Shown one piece after another: positions 1 to 9,372 of a stretch of 19,469 bases of DNA. Location of the stretch: the NCBI GenBank assembly GCA_030141605.1, contig JAQGDQ010002485.1:1-19469 (forward strand), written 5' to 3'. The notes beneath the pieces are model-generated. The model had not been told where the DNA came from. It saw nothing but the letters and a program-made list of their open reading frames with translations, and did no database searches. The position numbers and the translations under genes are program-made. How positions within the stretch are numbered: the first letter of the stretch is position 1; the number at the start of each line of letters is the position of its first letter. The DNA is from Tubiluchus corallicola. Lineage: Eukaryota; Animalia; Priapulida.

Positions 1-2
1 CT

Positions 3-1058
3 TATAAACAAGAACTTCAGCAACAACAGCAAAATCTACAAACACAATTAGAAAACTTCACTAATAAAATACTCGAAGAAAAAACACAAAAAATTACACA
101 GCAAAACAAAGAAAACATAGACACTATTCTTTTTCCCCTCAAAGAAAAACTTACCAACTTTGAGCAAACAGTAAAAAATACTCACGAAAAAAACATAGAA
201 CATCATACCTCCCTCAAAGAACAAATAAAGCATCTCTCTCAACTCAATCAACAAGTCAGTCAAGAAGCACACAACCTCACCACAGCTCTCAAAGGCGATA
301 GCAAAACACAAGGTAACTGGGGTGAAATGATATTAGAAAATATTTTAGAAAAATCAGGTCTGCAAAAAGACAGAGAATACTTTATACAACAATCACATAC
401 CAATGAAAATGGGAAACGACTACAACCTGATGTAATAGTAAAATATCCCGGAGAACGACACGTTATTATAGACTCAAAAGTATCACTTATAAATTACGAA
501 AAATACAACACTGCCACCAACAACGAAGACAAACAAAACCACCTTAAAAACCATATCAACTCTATAAAAATGCACATCAAACAACTTAGTAGCAAAGGCT
601 ACGAGAACATACCTACTATTAAGGGCTTAGACTTTGTAATGATGTTCATACCCATAGAACCCGCCTATCTTCTTGCAATAAATGCTGAATCTGAACTATG
701 GAACTACGCTTATGAAAAACGCATATTACTTATTAGTCCTACTAACCTTATAGCTTCACTAAAAATGATAGTCAGCCTATGGAAACAAGAACAACAAAGC
801 CAAAACGCAAAAGAGATAGCTGAAAGAGGAGGGAAAATGTATGACCAATTTGTTAGATTTGTAGAAGACCTGATAAAAATAGGGAAGAAAATAGACGAAT
901 CAAAAACCACGTACCAAGATGCTATGAAAAGGTTGCATACAGGAAACGACAACCTTGTAAAACAAACCGAAAAAATGAAACAACTTGGGGCAAAAGCAAA
1001 AAAACAACTTCCAGAAAATTTATTGAAAAGAACCCAAAAACAAGAAATACAACTATAA
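3..1058 (+). CDS. rmuC: DNA recombination protein RmuC (5'-truncated by window edge)
   Basis: Frame is open from base 3 (YKQELQQQ...PLKEKLTNFEQ...NLTTALKGDSKTQGNWGEMILE) into the listed 327..1058 ORF. RmuC motifs are present: QGNWGE, RLQPDVIVKYPG, IIDSKVSL, LDFVMMFIPIE, SPTNL, IAERGGKMYD. The ATG at 327 is internal. Confidence 0.95.
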   Translation, partial: YKQELQQQQQNLQTQLENFTNKILEEKTQKITQQNKENIDTILFPLKEKLTNFEQTVKNTHEKNIEHHTSLKEQIKHLSQLNQQVSQEAHNLTTALKGDSKTQGNWGEMILENILEKSGLQKDREYFIQQSHTNENGKRLQPDVIVKYPGERHVIIDSKVSLINYEKYNTATNNEDKQNHLKNHINSIKMHIKQLSSKGYENIPTIKGLDFVMMFIPIEPAYLLAINAESELWNYAYEKRILLISPTNLIASLKMIVSLWKQEQQSQNAKEIAERGGKMYDQFVRFVEDLIKIGKKIDESKTTYQDAMKRLHTGNDNLVKQTEKMKQLGAKAKKQLPENLLKRTQKQEIQL

Positions 1059-1092
1059 AAAAATAAGGAGCTTCAAAAAAATAAAGCCCCTC
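1057..1092 (-). terminator. Intrinsic terminator downstream of the 1107..1586 gene
   Basis: Minus strand reads GAGGGGCTT-loop-AAGCTCCTT (9-bp stem with 2 G-U pairs) followed by ATTTTTTT, between convergent genes. Confidence 0.65.
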
Positions 1093-1106
1093 ACTTCTAA
1101 AGTGCT

Positions 1107-1586
1107 TTATTTCTTTTTGTCAAAATCTTCTAACAAAGGAATCTCCTCTGCCAGTTGAGCATCAACAGTTATTCTTATTTTATTCTCAAGCTGAAAGAAA
1201 AGCAAAGTTTTTTGTGATGACAATACTTTTTGAAACTTTTTAGTATATGTATTATCTATCTTTGCTAAATCAACTCTTATCTTCGCTAAATCAGCTAGAA
1301 TTTCTTTAGCTTTCTCACTGGTCATATTTTCAAAACCATCAGCAAAACTAGCATAAGACTTTATACGTTTGTTATTTACCTCCGCCACTTTACCCACATA
1401 CTCGTTATACAAAGCCCAAAAAGGTTCGCTTTCCTCTTGAGTTAATTCCAGAACCTCAGTTATCAAAGCCTTTTTCTCTGTATGAAAAGTAGACCTTACA
1501 ACCTCGAAGTAATCATTTGTCTGCTGTGAAAAAGAAAATCCAGAAAAACAAACAAACAAAATAACTAACAAAACAATTTTTTTCAT
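1107..1586 (-). CDS. Secreted/periplasmic alpha-helical hypothetical protein (loosely Spy/CpxP-like)
   Basis: Sec signal peptide MKKIVLLVILFVCFSGFSFSQ; helical body with LELTQEESEPFWALYNEY and FQKVLS..K.L.FFQLE; own promoter box and terminator. The function is inference only. Confidence 0.8.
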   Translation of the reverse strand: MKKIVLLVILFVCFSGFSFSQQTNDYFEVVRSTFHTEKKALITEVLELTQEESEPFWALYNEYVGKVAEVNNKRIKSYASFADGFENMTSEKAKEILADLAKIRVDLAKIDNTYTKKFQKVLSSQKTLLFFQLENKIRITVDAQLAEEIPLLEDFDKKK

Positions 1587-1620
1587 AATATATAATTTAA
1601 ATTAAACACTAAATTAACAG

Positions 1621-1628
1621 CAAAAGTA
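1621..1628 (-). promoter_or_regulatory. Bacteroidota sigma-A -7 element TACTTTTG
   Basis: Matches TAnnTTTG, about 35 nt upstream of the ATG at 1586. Confidence 0.6.
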
Positions 1629-1645
1629 AAAATTATTTTACAATT

Positions 1646-3157
1646 TTAATCTTTAAACACTCCATCTTGAACTTCTACGTCACCCACATTCCACACCCAC
1701 TGTTTTATCAAATCAGGAAATGCTTCAGATTTAAAAATAGAAGTCCCCTTTAAGACTCTAAAACATTCTTGAACACCTTCTGTAATACTTGGGTGTGGGT
1801 ATAAAGTTTTCATAATTTCCTCCAACCCATTACCTTCATTAATTAAATGAGCAATACCCACAATAAAAGATGACGCGTGAGGTCCTGAAGCTCTAACTCC
1901 AAGTAATCTTTCATCTTCCGAATTACTCACCAACACTTTTACAAAGCCTCGTGTATTTCTCATCGCAATAGTTCTATTCACCATTGCATTAGAGTACACA
2001 GCAGCTTTATATGAAATACCTTTACTTTGGAGCATCTTCTCGTTCATACCAACAGAAGCTACAGCAGGGCGAAAAAACATCAAAGCAGGCATATTAGAAT
2101 AGTCTACAGGAGGCACTTCTCCATTATAAATACCTTCAATCACATATCTCCCTTGCTGCTCTGCTACACTATACAACTGAGAACTACCTGTAACATCACC
2201 TACTGCAAATATATTACACTCTTTGGGATGACCTGCATTACAAGTATCATTAATATTCAAAAAACCATTGGGTAAAGGTTTTACACCTACATTTTCCAGT
2301 CCTAAATCTTCTGTATTAGGCACACGGCCAATAGATATCAAAGCTACATCCACCTCAATCACCTTACTATGACCATCCGTATAGTCCAAAATTATTTCTA
2401 AGTAATCCTTCTTTTTCCTTATCTCACGCAACAAGGCCTTTCTATGGATAGTAACACCATTCCCCTCTAAGCCCTGTGAAACAAAACTGCTTATATCAGC
2501 ATCTTCGTAGGGAATCACTCTATGATAACGGTCTAGTAAATGTACTTCTGTTTGTTTAAAATTAGAAAAGATAGTGGCAAACTCACAGCCAATAATTCCA
2601 GAACCAATTATCACCATACGTTCTGGGAACTTCCTAAGATTAAGGATGCCCTCTGAGGTAAGTATCCGTTCTTCATCTATCTCTAAATCAGGCAACAGTC
2701 TAGGCTTAGACCCTGTAGCAATAATAAAAGAATTGCCACTTATCACCTCTTCTCCTTCTTCCGAAATAATTACTACCTTTTCCCTACTTAGAAATTTAGC
2801 CTTACCATATTTTAATGTAATATTTCCAGCTTCTTTTTTCTTTTTAGAGAAGGTTTCAATCTGCGAAAGCATTTGATACTGTTTATCTTTTGCCGCTTGT
2901 ATCACAGCCTTTCTCACCTCATTGTAATCAACTGTTAGTCCTGATGCTCTATATCCTCTCGACACATTAGCCGCCACTGCATAATCCTGTGAGAGTTCCC
3001 ACATCGTTTTTGAAGTCAAAGCCCCATTCATTACACCAGCACCCCCAATATGCTTAGCTTCAATAATGCAAACATCTTGTCCAAAATCAATTGCTCGCAT
3101 CGCTGCAGCAAATCCGCCTGGCCCACTTCCAATTACTACAACATTATACTTTTCCAT
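1646..3157 (-). CDS. Class I pyridine nucleotide-disulfide oxidoreductase family flavoprotein (dihydrolipoamide dehydrogenase / soluble transhydrogenase-like) lacking the redox cysteines
   Basis: FAD motif VIGSGPGG, ATGSKP, NAD motif GSGIIGCE, GRVPN, FAVGDV and C-terminal HPSITE. The CxxxxC site reads GGAGVMNGALTSK. Start is 3157 (MEKY) or 3169 (MGLLM). Confidence 0.88.
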   Translation of the reverse strand: MEKYNVVVIGSGPGGFAAAMRAIDFGQDVCIIEAKHIGGAGVMNGALTSKTMWELSQDYAVAANVSRGYRASGLTVDYNEVRKAVIQAAKDKQYQMLSQIETFSKKKKEAGNITLKYGKAKFLSREKVVIISEEGEEVISGNSFIIATGSKPRLLPDLEIDEERILTSEGILNLRKFPERMVIIGSGIIGCEFATIFSNFKQTEVHLLDRYHRVIPYEDADISSFVSQGLEGNGVTIHRKALLREIRKKKDYLEIILDYTDGHSKVIEVDVALISIGRVPNTEDLGLENVGVKPLPNGFLNINDTCNAGHPKECNIFAVGDVTGSSQLYSVAEQQGRYVIEGIYNGEVPPVDYSNMPALMFFRPAVASVGMNEKMLQSKGISYKAAVYSNAMVNRTIAMRNTRGFVKVLVSNSEDERLLGVRASGPHASSFIVGIAHLINEGNGLEEIMKTLYPHPSITEGVQECFRVLKGTSIFKSEAFPDLIKQWVWNVGDVEVQDGVFKD

Positions 3158-3186
3158 CAATAACCCCATATTTTGATATAATGTAA

Positions 3187-3194
3187 CAAATATA
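3187..3194 (-). promoter_or_regulatory. Sigma-A -7 element TATATTTG for the oxidoreductase gene
   Basis: caaatata on the + strand, i.e. TAnnTTTG on the minus strand, just upstream of the start. Confidence 0.65.
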
Positions 3195-3329
3195 GCATAA
3201 AATAAACAATAAATGTTTTACAAAGATAAAACTCTATTAGCCTATTCTCTATATAAGGTAGGGTATTATCTTAATTTAAAAACTATTTGATTAACTAATC
3301 TCACAAACTCCCATTATAAAAGAAATACC

Positions 3330-3337
3330 TACCTTTG
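3330..3337 (+). promoter_or_regulatory. Sigma-A -7 element TACCTTTG for smpB
   Basis: TAnnTTTG ending 18 nt before the smpB ATG. Confidence 0.7.
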
Positions 3338-3355
3338 TCTCAAACATAATACGCA

Positions 3356-3823
3356 ATGAAATCAGGAATAGATATCAATATTAGAAACAGAAGAGCCAGC
3401 TACGAATATGAGCTTTTAGAAAAATTCACGGCAGGCATACAACTTGTAGGTACCGAAATAAAATCTATACGAATGGGCAAAGTTAGTCTTGTAGATTCTT
3501 TTTGTCTGCTCATCAAAAACGAATTATGGGTCAAAGGTTTACACATTGCTGAGTATTCATTTGCAGGACACAACAATCACGAAACTAAAAGGGATAGGAA
3601 ACTGCTACTCAACAGACAAGAGCTAAAAAGAATAGAAAAAAAGACCAAAGAAAAAGGTTTTACTATTGTACCCACAAAACTTTTTATCAACAATAAGGGC
3701 TATGCAAAATTACAGATAGCTGTGGCACGAGGTAAAAAATTGTATGATAAACGGGAGACTCTCAAAAGAAAAGATGCCAACATAGAAATGGGTAGAGTGC
3801 AAAAGAAGGATTACAACCGTTAG
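3356..3823 (+). CDS. smpB: SsrA-binding protein SmpB
   Basis: NRRASYEY, AGIQLVGTEIKSIR, RDRKLLL, ARGKKLYDKRE; 155 aa. Confidence 0.98.
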   Translation: MKSGIDINIRNRRASYEYELLEKFTAGIQLVGTEIKSIRMGKVSLVDSFCLLIKNELWVKGLHIAEYSFAGHNNHETKRDRKLLLNRQELKRIEKKTKEKGFTIVPTKLFINNKGYAKLQIAVARGKKLYDKRETLKRKDANIEMGRVQKKDYNR

Positions 3824-3979
3824 GATGGCTTTTGCCATTAAACATAGCATCCCTAATCTATGAAATAACTAAATGTAAAGTCTGTTCTCGCTAAGCATTT
3901 ATATATTAGAGACAAAAGGCAATACAGCAAAAAACATAACTAATGTCTTCTTTTTTGCATTAGAACCAAAAACCAGCAT

Positions 3980-5767
3980 TTAATCCAATTTCAATACCGC
4001 TAAAAATGCATTTTGTGGAATAGTAACATTCCCCACTTGTTTCATTCTTTTTTTACCCTTCTTTTGTTTCTCAAGTAGTTTTCTCTTTCGCGATATATCT
4101 CCCCCATAGCATTTTGCAGTAACATCCTTTCTTACAGCCTTTACTGTTTCCCTCGATATTATCTTCGCTCCTATTGCCCCTTGTATTGCTATATCAAACT
4201 GCTGACGAGGTATTAACTCCTTCAGCTTCTCACACATTCTCCGCCCAAAATTATATGCATTGTCAAAATGCGTAAGCATAGACAAAGCATCTACCTTTTC
4301 ACCATTCAACAATATATCCAGTTTAATAAGCTTAGAAGCCCTATAACCTATTTGATGATAATCTAAGGAAGCATATCCTTTAGAAATACTTTTCAACTTA
4401 TCATAAAAATCAAAAATAATCTCACCCAACGGTAATTCAAAAGTCAATTCTGCACGTTCTGTAGTCAGGTAAGTCTGTTTTTTCAACTCACCACGCTTCT
4501 TCAAACAAAGCGTCATAATAGTACCAATAAAATCAGCCTTAGTAATTATTTGTGCCTGAATATAAGGCTCTTCTATTCTATCTATGTGTATAGCCTCTGG
4601 CAAATCTGACGAATTATGCACCTCTATCAACTCTTGCTTTTTAGTATATACCTTATAAGACACATTAGGCACAGTAGTAATAACGTTCATTCCGAATTCC
4701 CTTTCCAATCGCTCCTGTATTATCTCCATATGCAACAGCCCCAAAAAACCACAACGAAAACCAAAGCCCAAAGCCACTGATGATTCAGGCTCATAAGTTA
4801 AAGAAGCATCGTTTAGCTGCAATTTCTCAATGGATGCTCTTAAATCTTCATAGTCCTCACTATCTATTGGATAAATACCCGCAAACAACATAGGTTTCAC
4901 ATCCTCAAAACCTTCAATAGCCTTCTCACAAGGGTTTTCCACGTGAGTTATCGTATCCCCTACTTTCACCTCCTTAGAAGTTTTTATCCCCGAAATAATA
5001 TACCCTACATCGCCTGTCCCCAAAATATTCTTAGGCTCCATATTTAATCTTAACGTGCCTATATCATCTGCAGTATATTCCTTTTTAGTAGCAAAAAACT
5101 TTACATGGTCTCCTTTCCTTATCTTTCCATTCACCACCTTAAAATAAACAATAATACCACGAAAAGAATTGAATACAGAATCAAAAATAAGTGCCTGAAA
5201 AGGGGCGTCTTTATTACCCTTTGGGCGAGGAACACTCTCTACTACTGCCTTCAATATTTCTTCCACACCTTGTCCCGTCCTGCCACTTGCCCTTATAATA
5301 CTCTCGCGCTCACACCCAATAAGGTCGATGATTTGGTCTTCTATCTCTTCAGGCATTGCACTATCCAAATCTATCTTATTAACAATGGGAATAATTGTCA
5401 AATCATTCTCAAGAGCCAAATAAAGATTAGAAATTGTTTGAGCCTGCACACCCTGCGTAGCATCTACAATAAGTAAAGCTCCCTCACAAGCAGCGATAGA
5501 ACGTGATACCTCATAAGAAAAATCGACATGTCCCGGTGTATCTATCAGGTTTAAAACATAATTTTCTCCCTTATACTGATAGTCCATTTGTATAGCATGG
5601 CTCTTAATAGTAATACCTCGTTCTCGCTCCAAGTCCATATTATCTAAAACTTGAGCCTGCAGTTGCTTGCCCGACACTGTCTTTGTGTATTCCAAAAGTC
5701 TGTCCGCCAAGGTGCTTTTACCGTGGTCAATATGTGCTATGATACAAAAGTTTCTAATATTCTTCAT
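3980..5767 (-). CDS. lepA: Translation elongation factor 4 (LepA)
   Basis: [73 protein letters not shown]; 595 aa. Confidence 0.99.
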   Translation of the reverse strand: MKNIRNFCIIAHIDHGKSTLADRLLEYTKTVSGKQLQAQVLDNMDLERERGITIKSHAIQMDYQYKGENYVLNLIDTPGHVDFSYEVSRSIAACEGALLIVDATQGVQAQTISNLYLALENDLTIIPIVNKIDLDSAMPEEIEDQIIDLIGCERESIIRASGRTGQGVEEILKAVVESVPRPKGNKDAPFQALIFDSVFNSFRGIIVYFKVVNGKIRKGDHVKFFATKKEYTADDIGTLRLNMEPKNILGTGDVGYIISGIKTSKEVKVGDTITHVENPCEKAIEGFEDVKPMLFAGIYPIDSEDYEDLRASIEKLQLNDASLTYEPESSVALGFGFRCGFLGLLHMEIIQERLEREFGMNVITTVPNVSYKVYTKKQELIEVHNSSDLPEAIHIDRIEEPYIQAQIITKADFIGTIMTLCLKKRGELKKQTYLTTERAELTFELPLGEIIFDFYDKLKSISKGYASLDYHQIGYRASKLIKLDILLNGEKVDALSMLTHFDNAYNFGRRMCEKLKELIPRQQFDIAIQGAIGAKIISRETVKAVRKDVTAKCYGGDISRKRKLLEKQKKGKKRMKQVGNVTIPQNAFLAVLKLD

Positions 5768-5784
5768 TTACCTCTACTTTAGCG

Positions 5785-5792
5785 CAAATATA
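5785..5792 (-). promoter_or_regulatory. Sigma-A -7 element TATATTTG for lepA
   Basis: TAnnTTTG 17 nt upstream of the lepA ATG and downstream of the preceding gene's terminator. Confidence 0.7.
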
Positions 5793-5826
5793 CCACATAA
5801 TAATGAATTTAGTCGTAGTACACTAC

Positions 5827-5857
5827 AAAAAAAGCACTCTATTGTAGAGTGCTTTTT
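5827..5857 (-). terminator. Intrinsic terminator after the TPR lipoprotein gene
   Basis: Perfect hairpin AAAAAGCACTCTA-TTG-TAGAGTGCTTTTT with T-tracts on both strands, 20 nt after the stop at 5878. Confidence 0.85.
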
Positions 5858-5877
5858 GGGGGTTAAAAAAATTAATT

Positions 5878-7617
5878 TTATTTTATTATTTGTTTAAAAT
5901 CTGCATTATCAAAGTACTGAACAAATTCCATATCTGTTTCGGCTAACTCTTTAAATGAAGAGGCTTTCTTTATTGCTATTGATAAATTTTTAAGAACACC
6001 ATTAACATCATCTTTTCTCGCACTTACTACTGCTTTTAAGTACGATACAATAGGCTCTTCGCTTTCTATTTTATTGAGTATTTTTTCTGCTTCATCATTT
6101 TGCCCTAATAACAATTTATTAAGGGCAGCATTAATTAACACCTTAGAACCAAAATAGCCATTTGCTGTTTGATAATCGCCTTTTTTTATTGCAATTAATC
6201 CAAGGTTTTCATTAACTGCATCTCCTGCTCCAGCAGCGTTTTTAAGGTATTCTTCTGCTTTCACTAAATCTTCCTCTATGATGCTAACTACTGCATAGTT
6301 ATTTTGAATTATTGGATTGTTCGGAGATATTTTATTTGCTTTATCTAAGTTTATTTTTGCATCAGAAAGATCGCTCTGTATTATTTCTAGTGTTGCTTTG
6401 TTGTTATAAGGTCTCCAGTCGTTAGGAGCTTTAGCCATTGCTTTGTCGTATATTTTTCCTTGAACTTTTAAATCATCTACCAATGTAGCAGCGTACAACA
6501 GTTCTATAAGCGACAACGCGTCTATATCATTTGCTACCAATTGAAGAATTTCTTTGTCTGAACGACTAATTTCATCAACATTGACTTGTATTTTAGACCT
6601 TCTAAGCAAAGGCAATACTTCTTTTTCTATTTGGGTGTAAGCCGCAGAAATATTTCTTATTTCTTTTTCTCTTACAGCAGGATCTTGATACATTGAAAGA
6701 ACTCTCAAAATCAATTCTTTGTCTTGTATATTAGATCCTTGCATTAGCTCTTTAAACCCGTCCCAATCTTCTGCCGTAGTTTTGCTAGATATTGAACCTT
6801 CTGCACTTATTTTACCTTTTTTAAGAAGACCTTTTAAGTACTTATCTGCTGAAGCTCCTCTTTTTTGAGATAACTTATCATTAAAATCATACTCTCCTTC
6901 AGGCGAAGCATAAGAAGAAATCGCTACTCCTTTAAGAGTTTGTCTTTCATCTTTTTCAATTTCTGCTACAAATTCTTTCAAATTTACGACATCTTCCTTT
7001 TTTAACTCTGAGCTTCTAATTTCTGCTCTATTCACTACATAATGAATATTTGCATCATAAACAGAAGGCATTACTTTTTCAAACCCGTGTGCTCCCAATA
7101 CTGCACTTTCAGTATTTACTGCAAGAGTTGAAGTTGCAACAACGCCATAAGCCACTAAGGTATCTATTTGGAAAGGTTGTCCATCATCACCTAGTACCAA
7201 TTCTCCTTTATCTTCTCCCGTTATTCTAAAATGCAGCTCTGATTTTCTCATTTGCTCATTAAAAGGTACCATTCCTTTAAAAGTTACCGTTTTACCTTCT
7301 TTATTTGGTATTACAGTATAATTGCCTTGCACCTTTTCTCCTTGGTAAGATACTCTATCAAAAGCTGTTTCTCCTTCTTCGTAAGTCAAAACAGGCTCTA
7401 TGTGAACAGTTGTAGTTTTGGCAAAATACTTAGGAGGAAATGACAACTCTACTTGTATCATAATTTTGTCCCCATGAACTTCAAGCACTTCGGGCTCTAT
7501 CTTGATGCCTACAGAAGATACATTATCTGCCATCTTTTTTAATCCTCCACAACTAGTTACAATAAGCAAGCAAAGTATAAGACTGCTATAAGTTAATAAT
7601 TTAAAACTTTTTTTCAT
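5878..7617 (-). CDS. Lipoprotein with an OmpA-like (peptidoglycan-binding-type) central domain and C-terminal TPR repeats
   Basis: Lipobox IVTSC after a hydrophobic leader; ISSYASPEG..FNDKLSQKR OmpA-like motif; TPR segments such as APNDWRPYNN and ANKISPNNPIIQNN. Confidence 0.85.
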   Translation of the reverse strand: MKKSFKLLTYSSLILCLLIVTSCGGLKKMADNVSSVGIKIEPEVLEVHGDKIMIQVELSFPPKYFAKTTTVHIEPVLTYEEGETAFDRVSYQGEKVQGNYTVIPNKEGKTVTFKGMVPFNEQMRKSELHFRITGEDKGELVLGDDGQPFQIDTLVAYGVVATSTLAVNTESAVLGAHGFEKVMPSVYDANIHYVVNRAEIRSSELKKEDVVNLKEFVAEIEKDERQTLKGVAISSYASPEGEYDFNDKLSQKRGASADKYLKGLLKKGKISAEGSISSKTTAEDWDGFKELMQGSNIQDKELILRVLSMYQDPAVREKEIRNISAAYTQIEKEVLPLLRRSKIQVNVDEISRSDKEILQLVANDIDALSLIELLYAATLVDDLKVQGKIYDKAMAKAPNDWRPYNNKATLEIIQSDLSDAKINLDKANKISPNNPIIQNNYAVVSIIEEDLVKAEEYLKNAAGAGDAVNENLGLIAIKKGDYQTANGYFGSKVLINAALNKLLLGQNDEAEKILNKIESEEPIVSYLKAVVSARKDDVNGVLKNLSIAIKKASSFKELAETDMEFVQYFDNADFKQIIK

Positions 7618-7675
7618 AATTTTTTATTTTAAATTTTAAATGTTAAATTAAATTCTACTACTATATATTAAGGTG

Positions 7676-7683
7676 CAAATTTA
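7676..7683 (-). promoter_or_regulatory. Sigma-A -7 element TAAATTTG for the TPR lipoprotein gene
   Basis: caaattta on the + strand, about 58 nt upstream of the ATG at 7617. Confidence 0.65.
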
Positions 7684-7843
7684 TATTTATAAAAAATAAA
7701 AACCAAACTAAATAAATTTTTTTATATAAAATTTCTTATCTGTAAAAAAATAATCAAAATTTATTACCTTTAGACAGCTTAAAAAAAACCAACCTGCCAT
7801 TCAAATATCTAACTATTTTCTTAACTAAAAATCTTTATTTTAT

Positions 7844-8536
7844 TTGACAGCAACGATTTTTTTCGCTTTTCTTTTTTACTTTTCCTTCTTGCAATTATGG
7901 AAAACTCCCATAGCCCAAAAATGGACTTTGGATAAGCGTATCAACTACACTCTTGAAAACAATATTGAAGTACTAAAAAGCAAAATAAAAGTAGAGATAG
8001 TAACAGGGGAAAACAAACAGTCTAAATACAATTTGTTGCCTGATTTGAGAAATCCTTCTTTCTATAATTTTGATTTTGAGTGAACATTTGATGTAGTTTC
8101 TCAAAGCTCAATACAAGACAACAGACAAAGCCTGAATCTCAACCTTGAGTCCCGTATAGTTGCTAAGAAAGTACATATAAAAAAGCTAAGCTAAATTTAT
8201 TGATAAGTGCTCATAACTTAGAAAAAATGAAAAACGACATATTAGAATGGGCAGAGCAAAAACAAACTCTATAAAGAAATACAAAAAATACATAGTGATG
8301 TTACTGCTGCTTTCGGCAAACATTCGGCAATGGAAAATTCCTTTCATTTGCAAAAGAAAAATTTCGTTAATATGAATGAAAAATTTGAAACAGGCATAGC
8401 CAATTCAATAGACTATGCTATGGCAAAGAACAAGCCCTTTGCTGCTCAAATAAATTGGATTAATTATAAGTAAAATTTCATTTTTAAATCTAAAATTTTA
8501 GACTTCTATAATAGTGGAAAGCTGGAAGAATTTTAG
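7844..8536 (+). pseudogene. Eroded TolC-family outer membrane efflux protein pseudogene
   Basis: Fragments in colinear order: QKWTLDKRINYTLENN...QSKYNLLPDL (N-terminus), in-frame TGA 8081-8083, frameshift near 8180 into AKLNLLISAHNLEKMKNDI, then KNKLYKEIQ...EKFETGIANSIDYAMAKN...YK*NFIFKSKILDFYNSG (C-terminus, internal TAA 8471-8473, stop 8534-8536). About 0.7 kb versus ~1.3-1.4 kb for an intact gene, so the middle is deleted. Confidence 0.85.
8223..8262 (+). repeat. Inverted repeat, copy 1 (pairs with 9357-9396)
   Basis: AAAAATGAAAAACGACATATTAGAATGGGCAGAGCAAAAA matches the reverse complement of 9357-9396 at 37/40 positions. Confidence 0.9.
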
Positions 8537-8604
8537 CTTTAAATTTTTAAATAATTTTCAGTAGTGATATATCAAAACGAAAGAACAATAAAACACCACC
8601 TTAC

Positions 8605-9372
8605 TTAGATACAAAGAGATAGCTGCCTATATCTATACATCACCTTCATAAACTGGACAAGTAGTTGAGGGGTTTTTTCTATAGCATTACCTACCACTAT
8701 AACATCTGCCCCTGCTTGAAAAATATTAACAATTTGTTCAGGGGTTTTAATACCTCCTCCTACCACAAGTGGATTGTTTATCTGTTGCTTTACGGCTGTT
8801 ATCATCTCCAAAGATATAGTTCGTTTTGCCCCACTACCTGCTTCAAGGTAAGTGAGTTTGTGTCCCAACATTTCACCTGCTAAGGCAGTAGCAGTGGCCA
8901 GCTCTATGTTATCATTTGGTATAGGCTGCGTATTACTGACGTATTGCACTGTGGTATGATTGTTCCCCACCAATATATAGCTGGTAGAGATAGTTTCTAA
9001 ATTATGTTTCTTAATAAGAGGAGCAGCTATTACATGATTATGTACAAGATACTGAGGGTTTCTACCTGATATAAGTGACGGGAACAACATAGCATCAGCT
9101 TGTGGTGCTAATTGGTAGGTATCCCCTGGAAATATAATAATGGGTATCTGAGTATAGGACTTAAGAGCCACTATTGTTTCTTCAAAATTGGTAGCCAACA
9201 AACTACCTCCGACAAAAATATAATCCACATTACTTTCCTGTGCTATGGTTACAGTTTTATGCAAAGCAGTAAAAGTATAATTATTAGGATCTATTAGCAA
9301 AGCCAACTGTTTTTTATATTGTTTAGTAGCTTTTGTTATTATTTGAAAGATTGTATTTTTTGCTCTGCCCAT
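8605..9372 (-). CDS. pcrB: Geranylgeranylglyceryl/heptaprenylglyceryl phosphate synthase (GGGPS/PcrB family)
   Basis: LALLIDP, IFVGGS, IIIFPG, SLISGRNPQYL, YLEAGSGA, VGGGI, GADVIVVGN; 255 aa. Overlaps the upstream PPTase gene by 34 nt. Confidence 0.93.
   Translation of the reverse strand: MGRAKNTIFQIITKATKQYKKQLALLIDPNNYTFTALHKTVTIAQESNVDYIFVGGSLLATNFEETIVALKSYTQIPIIIFPGDTYQLAPQADAMLFPSLISGRNPQYLVHNHVIAAPLIKKHNLETISTSYILVGNNHTTVQYVSNTQPIPNDNIELATATALAGEMLGHKLTYLEAGSGAKRTISLEMITAVKQQINNPLVVGGGIKTPEQIVNIFQAGADVIVVGNAIEKTPQLLVQFMKVMYRYRQLSLCI

Noticed and set aside
48-952. Minus-strand ORFs 48..311 and 710..952
   Set aside because: Antisense shadows of the A-rich rmuC frame, with no motifs.
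3824-3979. Possible tmRNA or sRNA next to smpB; small hairpins ATGGC-TTTT-GCCAT (3825-3838) and CTAATG..CATTAG (3940-3963)
   Set aside because: Too short for tmRNA and lacking its tRNA-like ends. The hairpins are weak and at most modest terminators.
2027-7443. Plus-strand ORFs 2027..2275, 2574..2876, 5105..5476, 5667..5897 and 7252..7443
   Set aside because: They lie antisense to well-supported genes, or across a terminator and promoter, and have no recognisable protein features.
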